Shown piece after piece: positions 1 through 10,189 of a stretch of DNA of 59,486 nucleotides. The first letter of the stretch is position 1. Every line of letters begins with the position of its first letter. Source of the DNA: a virus. Lineage: Duplodnaviria > Caudoviricetes. The stretch is from IMG/VR virus record IMGVR_UViG_3300027917_000004, positions 1 through 59,486 of that record. The stretch is one strand, 5' to 3'. The notes beneath the pieces are model-generated. The model was not told the DNA's origin, ran no database searches, and was given only the letters and a program-made list of their open reading frames with translations. The position numbers were made by a program, and so were the translations under genes.

Positions 1-99
1 ATTTAACTGTTTCCACCGGTATGTCTTTTACCGCTGGCACGAATGCTTGGACGTTTGGCGCAACGTCTGGAACAAAAACTATTACCTCTAATGGTAAAA
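1..99. repeat. Terminal direct repeat (copy 1), identical to 59388-59486; circular assembly overlap
   Basis: atttaactgtttccaccggtatg...aatggtaaaa matches the last 99 nt exactly; 99 is a typical assembler k-mer and the repeat lies inside a gene. Confidence 0.95.
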
Positions 100-3000
100 G
101 TCTTGATTTTCCGTTGACCTTTAACGGGGTTGGCGGTGTTTGGACACTTGGTAGTGCGTTTACAACATCCAACACTATAACACTCACAAACGGCACGCTG
201 GATACATCGTCCAGTGGTAATTATTCCATCAGTGCAAACCAAATAAATACTGGGTCTGGCACTAAAACATTTAACTGCAACGGATCATCTATTTCAATCG
301 GCAGCACAACCGCATGGCCGAACGCAAACCCAACTGGCTTTACATTCAACGCAGGAACGTCAACTTTTACTTTTTCTGCGACTACGCCAACTTTCAGTGC
401 AAATTCTGTAACATTTTACAATGTTACATTTTCGTCTGCACCTACGGCTACTTTCAATGGTTCCTATACTTTTAATAATTTAACTGTTCCATCATCCTCA
501 GTTTCTGGCGTCAATTCTTTTACTTTGGCGGCAAACCAAACTGTCAACGGAACATTTACGGCTTCTGCAAATACGGGTAACGGCGTTGGCGCTTCTCGCC
601 TTCAAGTCAAGTCTGACACGCTCGGAACCGCTAGAACAATTACCGCCGCTGCGGTTTCACTTAGTGACGTTGATTTTCAAGACATCACAGGTGCTGGCAC
701 AGCAACTTGGTCTGGCACGCGCATTGGTAATGCTGGCGGCAACACGAATATCACATTTACTGCTGCCAAAACGGTTTATTACTCCGCAGCGACTGCGGGG
801 AATTTTTCTGTTGGTTCAAACTGGGCGACCAGCAGTGGTGGTGGTGGCTCCGGCGTAAACTTTCCGCTTCCGCAAGATACTGCTGTTATTGATAATAGCA
901 GTGGTACTGGGACATTTACAGTCAACACTCCTTATTTCTATCCGTCATTGGATTTTTCGTCGCGCAGCACTTCGCTGACTTTTGCTGTTACCGGCGCTTA
1001 TACTTTAATTGGTAATGTGACACTCAGTAGCTCAATTACGGTATCTGGAACAGTCGCAATTACGCTTGGCAGTCGCGGCACGCAGACCATTACTTCGGCT
1101 GGTCGTACATGGACAACTCCGTTCATCGTCAATTCCGTTAGCGGAACGGCGCGTCTTTTAGACGCCCTAACTGGATCAAGCACATTAAACGTCACATCAG
1201 GCACACTTGATCTCAACACATACGGTTGGACTTGCACGACTTTCAACTCCAGCAACTCCAACACGAGAACGCTTGCCTTTGGCACAACTGGTTCAATCAC
1301 CACAACGACAACATCTGGAACGCTTGCGACTGTTGCAACGTCCACGAACCTGACCGTCACAGGCACACCAAAAATTACCATCAATAACAACACGGCAAAC
1401 GGGTCAACCGTTGCTGGTGGTGGCACGGGTGCAACAGAAGCTAACTCCGTCAGCTTCTATATCATCAATGGCACATATGATCTGACGATCACGGGTTCCG
1501 TCAGAACGCTTGACCTGACGGGCTTTGCAGGAACGATCCAGAATAACAACGTCCTGACCATTTATGGCGACTGCACGATCTCCAGCGGCATGACGTTAAG
1601 TTCTGGCTCACTTGCCTTCACGATGGCGTCTACATCAGCCACAGTTCGCACGTTCACCACAAACGGCAAGACGATTGGCATTCCGTGGATTTTCAACGGC
1701 GTTGGCGGCTCGTTCAAGCTTGGTGATAACCTCACCATGTCTGCGCCCTTAACACAGACAAATGGTGCGCTTGATTTGAACGGCAAAACGCTGTCAAGCA
1801 GCTCCACATATACAATCGGCACGGGAACGCAGAGCATCACCTTCAATGGTGGCACGATCTCGTTGACTGGTTCTGGCACCGTCTTCAACGTCACTTCTGT
1901 TGCTTTGACAACAAGCGCAGGGACAGGCGCTGGCACCATCACGCTGACAAGCGCGTCTGCAAAGACGTTCGCTGGTGGCGGCGTTGTTTATTATGCCACC
2001 ATCAATCAGGGCGGTGCGGGTGCTTTGAGCATCACAGGCTCAAATACGTTCGATAATATTACGGCGACCTACACAGCAGCAGGTTACACGGTTAATTTTG
2101 GTTCAGGCAGCACAAATACATTTGGTCTATTCAGCATCAATGGTTCGTCTGGCAAGGTTTTGACGCTTGGCGCAACAACAGCGGGTGCAAGCGCGTCCGT
2201 GTCTTACACAGGCGGCGGCAATCTTGTTCTTGATTATCTGTCGATGCGTGACATCGTTTGCTTGCCAGCGTCTAACGGTTCAACACCAATTTCTTGGTAT
2301 GCTGGTACAAACTCCACCAACCTCGGCAACAATTCCAACGTCCTATTCAATACGACGGCTTACAAAGCTTATATGCTCACAAGCGGCACAACATGGACGG
2401 TGCCAACTGATTGGAACTCATCCAGCAACAACGTCTATTTATTTGGCGCTGGCGGTGGTGGTGGCGGGTCAACCGTAAACGGAACAGCCCGTGCATCTGG
2501 TGGTGGCGGCGGTGGTGGCGCATATCGTGGTGTTACCAATTATTCCGCAACACCCGGAGGCTCTGTCAGCTATGCCATTGGGGCGGCTGGCACCGCTGGC
2601 GCGGCTGGCGGTACGACATCAACTGGCGGCACAGGTGGCACGACCACGTTCGACACATATTCTGCGGGTGGTGGCACAGGCGGCGCATCGACAAGTAGCA
2701 CCAGCACGGGCGGCACGGGCGGCACATCATCCGGCGGCAATGCTGGCGGTAACGGCGGCACAGGCAACACAGGTACGTCCACAACAACTGGTCGCGGCGG
2801 TGGCGGTGGCGGCGGCGCTGGTGGCCCAAATGGCACTGGTAAAACTGGCGGTAACGGCTTCGCTGGTACGACAACAACAAACGCTGGCGGCGGCGGTGGC
2901 GGTTATGGAGGTGGCACGGCTGGCGGTAACGCATCAGGCACGGCTGGCGGTACTGGTGGTAACAACTTCAGCGGCACTGGTGGCGGCGCATCTGCAACGT

Positions 3001-3296
3001 CCGGCACTGTCGGCGGCGGTGGTGGTGGTGGTAGAGGCGCAAGTGACGCGGGCGGCGGCGGCGGTGGCATTGATCTCTTCGGCACCACTGGCGGCGGCGG
3101 TGGCATGGGTGGCGGCGGCTACACCGCTAACTATCCTTCGCCTCCTGCTTTCGGCGCTGGCGGCGCTGGTGCTTATCTTCCGACAGGCACAGGCACAACA
3201 GGTTTTGCTGGCGGCGCTGGCGGTCAAGGTGCGATCTTTATTGTTTACACACCCAGCGCAACAGTATCAAACAGTAACTTCTTCTTATTGTTCTAA
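1..3296 (+). CDS. 3' part of giant Thr/Ser/Gly-rich virion/tail-fibre protein (true start 58337, about 1448 aa across the junction)
   Basis: The ORF-track Met at 21 equals the in-frame Met at 59408 of the ORF starting at 58337; beta-strand-like T/S/G repeats and C-terminal Gly-rich domain (GAGGGGGG...GGQGAIFIVY). Confidence 0.85.
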   Translation, partial: LTVSTGMSFTAGTNAWTFGATSGTKTITSNGKSLDFPLTFNGVGGVWTLGSAFTTSNTITLTNGTLDTSSSGNYSISANQINTGSGTKTFNCNGSSISIGSTTAWPNANPTGFTFNAGTSTFTFSATTPTFSANSVTFYNVTFSSAPTATFNGSYTFNNLTVPSSSVSGVNSFTLAANQTVNGTFTASANTGNGVGASRLQVKSDTLGTARTITAAAVSLSDVDFQDITGAGTATWSGTRIGNAGGNTNITFTAAKTVYYSAATAGNFSVGSNWATSSGGGGSGVNFPLPQDTAVIDNSSGTGTFTVNTPYFYPSLDFSSRSTSLTFAVTGAYTLIGNVTLSSSITVSGTVAITLGSRGTQTITSAGRTWTTPFIVNSVSGTARLLDALTGSSTLNVTSGTLDLNTYGWTCTTFNSSNSNTRTLAFGTTGSITTTTTSGTLATVATSTNLTVTGTPKITINNNTANGSTVAGGGTGATEANSVSFYIINGTYDLTITGSVRTLDLTGFAGTIQNNNVLTIYGDCTISSGMTLSSGSLAFTMASTSATVRTFTTNGKTIGIPWIFNGVGGSFKLGDNLTMSAPLTQTNGALDLNGKTLSSSSTYTIGTGTQSITFNGGTISLTGSGTVFNVTSVALTTSAGTGAGTITLTSASAKTFAGGGVVYYATINQGGAGALSITGSNTFDNITATYTAAGYTVNFGSGSTNTFGLFSINGSSGKVLTLGATTAGASASVSYTGGGNLVLDYLSMRDIVCLPASNGSTPISWYAGTNSTNLGNNSNVLFNTTAYKAYMLTSGTTWTVPTDWNSSSNNVYLFGAGGGGGGSTVNGTARASGGGGGGGAYRGVTNYSATPGGSVSYAIGAAGTAGAAGGTTSTGGTGGTTTFDTYSAGGGTGGASTSSTSTGGTGGTSSGGNAGGNGGTGNTGTSTTTGRGGGGGGGAGGPNGTGKTGGNGFAGTTTTNAGGGGGGYGGGTAGGNASGTAGGTGGNNFSGTGGGASATSGTVGGGGGGGRGASDAGGGGGGIDLFGTTGGGGGMGGGGYTANYPSPPAFGAGGAGAYLPTGTGTTGFAGGAGGQGAIFIVYTPSATVSNSNFFLLF

Positions 3297-3316
3297 CCAT
3301 GTGAAAAGGGGGTCAC

Positions 3317-4903
3317 ATGCCTACAAGTGATACGAGAGGAAAGGATCAAATCCTTTCTTTTGTCCGCAACCTTAAACATGACCGGATGCTAGACATCGGT
3401 TGTGGTGAAGGCACCTATGCCAAGCTTTTCCCAGAAGCGCATTGGACAGGCGTGGAAATTTGGGAGCCTTATGTTGATGAGTATAAACTCCGCGATCTCT
3501 ATTCTGAACTGCATCTTATGGATGCTCGCAACTGGGATAGTAACGGCCAGCGTTGGGATGTTGCTGTCGCTGGTGATATTCTTGAACATATGACGGAGCA
3601 GGAGGCTTTTCTTCTGGTCCAAAAACTACGCGATTGCGCTGATTGGGTCATCATCAGCATCCCGTTTAACATGCCGCAGGGAGAGTGGTATGGAAACCCC
3701 TATGAAGCCCATGTTAAAGATGACTGGACCCATGAAGAAGTTAAGCGGGTTTTTGGTGACGCAGAATGGTGCTTTATTGATTATCCCATCGGAGCTTATG
3801 CTTTTAAAGGAAAGTCAAAAGAGCGTCTTAAAATTTGCGTTTATGCAATCAGCAAAAACGAAGCCCATTTCGTTCCGCGCTTTTGCGAGTCAGCAAAAGA
3901 AGCAGACCTTATCCTAATTGCAGACACGGGGTCTACAGATGGGTTGCCAGCAGAAGCCGAAAAACATGGCGCAGTGGTTCACCACATTTCTATTACACCT
4001 TGGAGATTTGATCTTGCTAGGAACGCTGCTCTTGCTCTTGTTCCTAGGGATTTTGATGTCTGCATCAGTCTAGACATTGATGAAGTTCTTCAACCCGGCT
4101 GGCGCGAAGAAATCGAACGTGTCTGGATCAAGGGCCACACGACCCGTCTGCGCTATATGTTTGATTGGGGCTGCGGCATTCAATTCTTCTACGAGAAGAT
4201 CCACGCCAAGCATGGTTATATGTGGCACCACCCGTGCCATGAATATCCTGTTCATGATGGTCGGATCAAAGAAAATTGGGCACAGACTGATATGCTTTTG
4301 GCGGTCCATATGCCTGACCCGACAAAATCACGCGGTCAGTATTTGGACTTACTGAAGCTGTCAGTTGAGGAAGACCCAGAATGCCCTCGCAATGCTTTTT
4401 ATTATGCCCGTGAACTTAGTTTTCATGGGGATTGGTGGAAAGCTATTGAAGAGTGCCAACGGTATCTCGCTCTTCCCCGCGCCACATGGATGAACGAACG
4501 GTGCTATGCGTATCGTGTCATGGGGCGGTCTTGGAATGAGCTTGGTCGGTGGGAAGAAGCCGAAAAGGCATTTCAGATGGCAGCGTCAGAGGCACCTAAT
4601 ACCCGCGAACCATGGTGCGAACTGGCCCTTTTGATGTATCGCCAGAGCCGTTGGGAAGAGTCTTTCGCCTATGCCATGCGGGCCTTGCGGATTGCGAATC
4701 GTGAACAGGTCTATACCTGTGATCCAGCAGTTTGGGGTTCTCAACCCCATGATTTGGCTTCTGTTGCCGCATGGCATCTAGGGCTGAAAGATTTAGCTTT
4801 GGAGCAAGCTATGATAGCTTTGAGCCATGATCCTGATGACATTCGTTTACAGAATAATGTAAAATTCATGTCTGGCACAGAGCCTATTAAGGATGCGGCG
4901 TGA
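3317..4903 (+). CDS. SAM-dependent methyltransferase fused to GT2 glycosyltransferase and TPR repeats
   Basis: N-term LDIGCGEG and GDILEH (class I MTase); KICVYAISKNE...ADTGSTDG...RFDLARNAAL...SLDIDE (GT2 DxD); helical TPR-like C-term. Confidence 0.85.
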   Translation: MPTSDTRGKDQILSFVRNLKHDRMLDIGCGEGTYAKLFPEAHWTGVEIWEPYVDEYKLRDLYSELHLMDARNWDSNGQRWDVAVAGDILEHMTEQEAFLLVQKLRDCADWVIISIPFNMPQGEWYGNPYEAHVKDDWTHEEVKRVFGDAEWCFIDYPIGAYAFKGKSKERLKICVYAISKNEAHFVPRFCESAKEADLILIADTGSTDGLPAEAEKHGAVVHHISITPWRFDLARNAALALVPRDFDVCISLDIDEVLQPGWREEIERVWIKGHTTRLRYMFDWGCGIQFFYEKIHAKHGYMWHHPCHEYPVHDGRIKENWAQTDMLLAVHMPDPTKSRGQYLDLLKLSVEEDPECPRNAFYYARELSFHGDWWKAIEECQRYLALPRATWMNERCYAYRVMGRSWNELGRWEEAEKAFQMAASEAPNTREPWCELALLMYRQSRWEESFAYAMRALRIANREQVYTCDPAVWGSQPHDLASVAAWHLGLKDLALEQAMIALSHDPDDIRLQNNVKFMSGTEPIKDAA

Positions 4904-5148
4904 TGGATATTCAGGGTCTTATAAATCTTGGTCTTGGGACCATTATGGCTGGCATTGGCTGGTTTGCTAGACAGATTTGGGAGGCCGTTGCGGAACTCCG
5001 TAAAGATGTCAAACAAATTGAGGTTTCTATGCCAACCCACTACGTCCGAAAGGATGAGTTTGTGGATGCAATTCGGGAAATCCGACAAGATTTAGATGTT
5101 GGATTTAGACGCATCTACGACAAACTTGATGGCAAGGCAGACAAATAG
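4900..5148 (+). CDS. Small membrane-anchored coiled-coil protein (lysis-module/holin-like)
   Basis: N-terminal TM segment then coiled coil ending LDGKADK; upstream of holin and endolysin. Confidence 0.55.
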   Translation: MMDIQGLINLGLGTIMAGIGWFARQIWEAVAELRKDVKQIEVSMPTHYVRKDEFVDAIREIRQDLDVGFRRIYDKLDGKADK

Positions 5149-5621
5149 TGGATCCCGCCACCATTTCCCTTATTTTTGGTGGCGCTAAAATGGCCTATGA
5201 AGCCATCAAAAGCGGCATTAAAGTTGGCAAAGAACTGCAAGGCATGGCTTCGGATGTTGCCAAGCTTTATGGGTCAGTCGCTAAATTAACCCAACTATCC
5301 GCAAAACCTCCCAAGCCCAAACTGTTCTCCGGCGTCTCTGTCGAAGAGATGGCTATGGATATTGTAGTTAAGCGCAAACAGGCTGAAGCTTGGTATCACG
5401 AAGTCAAAAACGCCTTTGTCGCTGAGTATGGTTTGCGTGGATGGGAAGAGGTTCAGCGCGAAATCGTCCACATCCAGAAGCAACAAAAGGCTGCTCAGGC
5501 CGCTGCTCAAAAAGAGCATGAAGAATCCATGCACCAGCTAAAAGTGTTGGGCATGGCTGGCCTATTAGTTGTGATGCTTGTAATTGGCATGATCGTAACG
5601 ATCAGCCTATCAATTAAATAG
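5148..5621 (+). CDS. Hypothetical membrane protein
   Basis: 157 aa, MDPATIS start, C-terminal TM helix; coupled to neighbours. Confidence 0.6.
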   Translation: MDPATISLIFGGAKMAYEAIKSGIKVGKELQGMASDVAKLYGSVAKLTQLSAKPPKPKLFSGVSVEEMAMDIVVKRKQAEAWYHEVKNAFVAEYGLRGWEEVQREIVHIQKQQKAAQAAAQKEHEESMHQLKVLGMAGLLVVMLVIGMIVTISLSIK

Positions 5622-5630
5622 GAGGCTGAA

Positions 5631-6158
5631 ATGGACCTTTTGAAGAGTTTTGGCCCCCTTTTGGGTCAAGTTGCGCCTACCCTTGCTACCGCACTGGGCG
5701 GTCCGATGGCTGGTTTGGCAGTCAAAACCCTGTCAAATGTCCTGCTTGGGCATGAAGAAGGCACCGAAGAGGACCTGTCAAAAGCTCTTGGCAGCGCCAC
5801 TCCCGAGCAGCTTGCTGACATCAAAAAGATCGACGCGGACTTCAAGACCCGCATGAAGGAACTGGATATTGATCTGGAACGCATCAGCGCCGCAGATCGT
5901 GACAGTGCACGCAAAATGCAGATGGAAACGCGGGATTGGGTGCCAAAGGTTCTGGCCCTTGCCATCACCATTGGCTTCTTCGGAATCCTCGTTTGGATGC
6001 TTATTAACGGTATGCCGCACACCGGGACTGAAGCTCTGCTGATGATGCTTGGTGCACTTGGCACGGCTTGGACAGGCGTTGTGAATTTCTATTATGGCTC
6101 GTCGGCTGGCTCTAAAGCCAAGACGGATGCGTTGACAGCTAAGGAAACCGGCAAATGA
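5631..6158 (+). CDS. Holin (GTA-type 3TM holin-like)
   Basis: APTLATALGGP N-term, DRDSARKMQ, two TM helices, FYYGSSAGS motif; directly before endolysin. Confidence 0.75.
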   Translation: MDLLKSFGPLLGQVAPTLATALGGPMAGLAVKTLSNVLLGHEEGTEEDLSKALGSATPEQLADIKKIDADFKTRMKELDIDLERISAADRDSARKMQMETRDWVPKVLALAITIGFFGILVWMLINGMPHTGTEALLMMLGALGTAWTGVVNFYYGSSAGSKAKTDALTAKETGK

Positions 6159-6673
6159 ACGAGAATTGGGAAAAATCCTTCCAGATGGTCCTGAAGCACG
6201 AAGGCGGCTTCGTTAATAATCCCAAAGACCCCGGCGGGATGACCAATCTTGGTGTGACTAAAAAGGTCTGGGAAGAGTTTGTCGGCAGAGAAGTTGACGA
6301 ATCAGAGATGCGTGGCCTGACGCCAGATGCCGTTAAGCCATTGTATAAAAAGAACTATTGGGATAAAATCAAAGGCGACCAACTTCCGTCTGGCGTGGAT
6401 TATGCCGCTTATGATCTGGCAGTTAATTCTGGCACGGGTCGCGCTGCCAAGTATCTGCAACAAATTGCTGGTGTTCCGGCTGACGGGATTATTGGCCCCA
6501 AATCAATGGAAGCTATTCTTGCCTGTGACCCAGAACAGACGGTTGATGCTATCTGCAATATGCGCCTCGATTTCCTGCAAAAGCTTCCGACTTGGAACAC
6601 TTTTGGTAAAGGATGGGGTCGCCGTGTGGAAGAAGTCAAAGCTGTTGGCCTCCAGATGGCAAAAGCTGAGTGA
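6155..6673 (+). CDS. Endolysin, glycosyl hydrolase family 108 with peptidoglycan-binding domain
   Basis: HEGGFVNNPKDPGGMTNLGVT, D.AVNSG, DGIIGPKS, FGKGWGRR. Confidence 0.93.
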   Translation: MNENWEKSFQMVLKHEGGFVNNPKDPGGMTNLGVTKKVWEEFVGREVDESEMRGLTPDAVKPLYKKNYWDKIKGDQLPSGVDYAAYDLAVNSGTGRAAKYLQQIAGVPADGIIGPKSMEAILACDPEQTVDAICNMRLDFLQKLPTWNTFGKGWGRRVEEVKAVGLQMAKAE

Positions 6674-6707
6674 CCGTGGTATAACAGCGGGATAGCGGAG
6701 TTCCCAA

Positions 6708-7379
6708 ATGACCACAGGCTTGAAGCGATGCTCAAAATGCGGCTTTGAAAAGCCCCATGCTGAGTTTCATCGTTCAACGCGTGGCCTTTATGGTTTGCGG
6801 GGCGACTGCAAAGAATGCCGTTTTGTCAAAAAAGCCACTGAAATTGTGCCCAATGGCATGATGCGCTGTATAAGTTGTAATGAAATCAAAAACATAGAGT
6901 GCTTTTCGCCTAGATCAGATCTTAAAACAAGGCGGACACGCTGCAAAACGTGCATGGCTGATTGGCGTACATCATACTATAAGGCCAACAAAGATCGCTG
7001 CGATGAGCATAAGCGCATTTGGGTTCAGAAAAACCCAGAAAAGCATAAAGCGGTTTGCGCTAAATGGTCCAAAAACAATCGGCCTGTCTTAAATAAACGG
7101 GACTCTGCCAGAAGGGCATTGGAATTGAATTGCCAGCCTTCATGGCTGACATCAATTCATTTAGCCCAAATTCAAGAAATGTATGATGTTGCTTTAGCCA
7201 AAAGTGTTCAAACTGGCATCAGATACGAAGTTGACCATATCCACCCTTTGCAGGGCGATGGCTTTAATGGCCTCCATGTCCCATGGAATTTGCAAGTTGT
7301 GACACTGGCTGAAAACCGTGCTAAATGTAACAAATTCCCGCAGAGTGAGGCTCATTTGCTTTGGAGCTATGAACAATGA
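6708..7379 (+). CDS. HNH homing endonuclease with N-terminal CxxC zinc ribbons
   Basis: Four CxxC pairs; YEVDHIHPLQG...GLHVPWNLQV...NRAKCN. Confidence 0.9.
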   Translation: MTTGLKRCSKCGFEKPHAEFHRSTRGLYGLRGDCKECRFVKKATEIVPNGMMRCISCNEIKNIECFSPRSDLKTRRTRCKTCMADWRTSYYKANKDRCDEHKRIWVQKNPEKHKAVCAKWSKNNRPVLNKRDSARRALELNCQPSWLTSIHLAQIQEMYDVALAKSVQTGIRYEVDHIHPLQGDGFNGLHVPWNLQVVTLAENRAKCNKFPQSEAHLLWSYEQ

Positions 7380-8110
7380 CAACGGGCCTTAGCTTTGATG
7401 GCACCGTAGCTGGAACGACCAGTTACATTAACCAGATTGCCACAATGGCGGTCGTGGAGCCGACCAATGCCGAATTCCTGATTATCCTGCCCCAGATGAT
7501 CACCTATGCGGAAAACCGCATGTACCGTGATCTAGACTTCCTGTTTACCTCTATCGCCACAACTGCCTATGGCATGACAGCTGGCAGCCGCCAGATTTCC
7601 GTGCCAGCGGGGACATTCGTAGTGCCGGAGCAGATCAATGTCCTTGTCGGCTCTAGCGACCCAGATCAAGCAACTCGCGTCCCACTTTTGGCGACAACGA
7701 AAGAGTTTTTGGACGCCGTGTATGGGTCAGGGGCTACGGCTAATCGTGGTCTACCTAAGTATTGGGTTCCTTTTGATGATTATACGTTCCTTGTAGGGCC
7801 GTATCCTGATCAGAGCTATCCATGTGAGATCGTTGGCACTTACCGTCCAGACAGCTTGTCTGCGACCAATAAAACCACGTTCATTAGTTTGTATCTACCT
7901 GATCTCTTCATCATGGCCTCAATGATTTATGTCAGCGCCTACCAGCGCAACTTTGGCCGGATTAATGACGATCCGCAGATGGCTCAAACATATGAGAGCC
8001 AGTATCAAATTCTTCTTAAGAATGCCGATCTGGAAGAAAACAGAAAGAAGTTCGAAGCTGCTGCTTGGTCTTCGCAAGAACCGTCTATCAGCGCCACTCC
8101 GACACGGTGA
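7376..8110 (+). CDS. Tail adaptor / tail tubular-like structural protein
   Basis: ITYAENRMYRDL, GLPKYW, VGPYPDQSY, YLPDLFIMAS pattern; position before nozzle gene. Confidence 0.6.
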   Translation: MTTGLSFDGTVAGTTSYINQIATMAVVEPTNAEFLIILPQMITYAENRMYRDLDFLFTSIATTAYGMTAGSRQISVPAGTFVVPEQINVLVGSSDPDQATRVPLLATTKEFLDAVYGSGATANRGLPKYWVPFDDYTFLVGPYPDQSYPCEIVGTYRPDSLSATNKTTFISLYLPDLFIMASMIYVSAYQRNFGRINDDPQMAQTYESQYQILLKNADLEENRKKFEAAAWSSQEPSISATPTR

Positions 8111-8116
8111 TAGGCT

Positions 8117-10189
8117 ATGCCGCACTCTTCGTTCAAAATCCTTCCCGGTGTCGATCAAAACAAAACACCAGCACTTAACGAAGCGGCTATTTCAGAAAGC
8201 CAGCTGATACGGTTTATTCCTGACCGTACGTTGGGTGGTCTTGTTCAAAAGCTTGGCGGTTGGACGAAGTTTTATGCCAATACAATTGGCTCTATTGTTC
8301 GTTGTCTTTGGGCTTGGGAAGATACGAATGCCAACTCATATCTAGCTGTTGGCGCAGAAGGTTTGCCCGCTAATGGCGGCGGTGCACTTGAAGTCATTGT
8401 CAGCGGCGGCGCTACTGACATCACTCCCCAAACGACCGTTGTTAATATTCCTGTCAGCTTCTCAACGACTTTGGGAAGCAATGAGGTTATCGTTACAGAT
8501 ACAGGTCGTAATGCTGACAACTACGATGTTGTTGACCTAAAGACACAAGTCTCCGTTGGTGGTCTTGTCCTTTTTGGCCAGTATCAAGTTTACAATCCCG
8601 GTGCTTCAGCAAACACCTATAAAATCTATGCCACTAATGTTCTTGGTGAACCCGCGTATGCTACATCTACGGTAGCTAACGGCGGTGCCGTTCCAGATTT
8701 TTCAACGACTAGCGGCAGCGACTTTGTCGATGTGACGCTTGCTAATCATGGTTTGGCAATTGGTGACACGTTCCCAATTTTGATTGCTACCAGCGTTGGC
8801 GGTGTGACACTTTATGGGAACTACATTGTTACAGATGTTATTTCGTCTAGCGTTTTCACCATTTCTGCTAGTACGCAAGCATCTTCGACAACCACCGGAT
8901 TTGAAAACTCCGGCAATGCCTATTTCATTTACTACAATGGAATTGGCCCCCTTCCCGGCGGCACTGGTTACGGTGTTGGTCCTTATGGCGGGGGCGGTTA
9001 TGGGACCGGTATTCCACCCGTTGCAGGGACAGGCACACCAATTAACGCGATTGATTGGACCCTTGATAACTGGGGCCAAATCTTAATCTCATGCCCACTT
9101 AACGGCCCTATTTACCAATGGGACCCGACAAGCGGAAATCCAACTGCGCTCATTATTCCAGAAGCTCCATCTGTTAATGATGGGATATTTGTGGCGATGC
9201 CTCAAAGGCAGATCATTGCTTGGGGTTCCACATTTAATGGAATTAAAGACCCGCTTTTGATCCGCTGGTGTGATGTTAATAATTTCACAGCGTGGATTGC
9301 ACAGATCACCAATCAAGCGGGGTCGTATCGCATTCCTAAAGGCTCACGCATTGTCCAGTGCATCCAAGCTGGTCAACAGGGCCTTATCTGGACCGATCTT
9401 GGCATCTGGGCCATGCAATATGCTGGTCCTCCATATGTCTACCAGTTCAACGAACTTGGTACTGGCTGCGGATTGATTGGCCGCAAAGCTGCAACATCTG
9501 TTGGTGGTCTCGTTTATTGGATGGGCCAAAGCCAGTTTTATCGTCTGTCAGGTGGTGGCGTTGAACCAATCCGCTGCCCTGTTTGGGACGTTGTTTTCCA
9601 AGATTTAGATACCAATAACTTGGAAAAAATCCGTGTCGCGCCAAATAGCCGATTTGGTGAAATTGCTTGGTATTATCCGACCAAAAACAATGGCGGCGAA
9701 ATTAGCCATTACATCAAGTATAACTACATCCTTGATCAATGGGATTTCGGCCAGCTTGCTCGTACGGCATGGATCAATGAATCTGTGCTTGGCCCTCCGA
9801 TTGGCGCGGCTCCAAACACCTATATCTACCAGCATGAAACCTCGACTGACGCTGATGGCGAACCGATGAACTCGTCATTCCAGACAGGTTATTTCGTGCT
9901 AAATGAAGCCGACAATAAGATGTTTGTTGACCAAGTATGGCCTGACATGAAGTGGGGCTATTACGGTGGGACGCAAAGTGCCAACGTCAATTTGACTTTT
10001 TATGTCGCAGATTATGCGGGTCAAACGCCGACATCGTATGGCCCATTTACCCTGACACAGGCTACAACCTACATTACGCCGCGTTTCAGAGGCCGTCTTG
10101 TTTCCATTAAAATGAACAGCAATGACATTGGCTCGTTCTGGCGTATTGGTAATACACGCTACCGCTTTCAGCCGGATGGGAAATACTAA
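8117..10189 (+). CDS. Tail nozzle / head-closure (P22 gp10-like stabilisation) protein
   Basis: 690 aa beta-rich; WTLDNWG, DPLLIRWCD, NQAGSYRI, TPRFRGR, WRIG..R...QPDG. Confidence 0.65.
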   Translation: MPHSSFKILPGVDQNKTPALNEAAISESQLIRFIPDRTLGGLVQKLGGWTKFYANTIGSIVRCLWAWEDTNANSYLAVGAEGLPANGGGALEVIVSGGATDITPQTTVVNIPVSFSTTLGSNEVIVTDTGRNADNYDVVDLKTQVSVGGLVLFGQYQVYNPGASANTYKIYATNVLGEPAYATSTVANGGAVPDFSTTSGSDFVDVTLANHGLAIGDTFPILIATSVGGVTLYGNYIVTDVISSSVFTISASTQASSTTTGFENSGNAYFIYYNGIGPLPGGTGYGVGPYGGGGYGTGIPPVAGTGTPINAIDWTLDNWGQILISCPLNGPIYQWDPTSGNPTALIIPEAPSVNDGIFVAMPQRQIIAWGSTFNGIKDPLLIRWCDVNNFTAWIAQITNQAGSYRIPKGSRIVQCIQAGQQGLIWTDLGIWAMQYAGPPYVYQFNELGTGCGLIGRKAATSVGGLVYWMGQSQFYRLSGGGVEPIRCPVWDVVFQDLDTNNLEKIRVAPNSRFGEIAWYYPTKNNGGEISHYIKYNYILDQWDFGQLARTAWINESVLGPPIGAAPNTYIYQHETSTDADGEPMNSSFQTGYFVLNEADNKMFVDQVWPDMKWGYYGGTQSANVNLTFYVADYAGQTPTSYGPFTLTQATTYITPRFRGRLVSIKMNSNDIGSFWRIGNTRYRFQPDGKY

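Noticed and set aside
2491-3330. Long alternative-frame and antisense ORFs over Gly-rich, Ala-rich and collagen genes (also 11673-12644, 13357-14334, 55912-56764, 25066-25872)
   Set aside because: Shadow ORFs produced by biased codon usage of the real genes; no RBS or recognisable motifs
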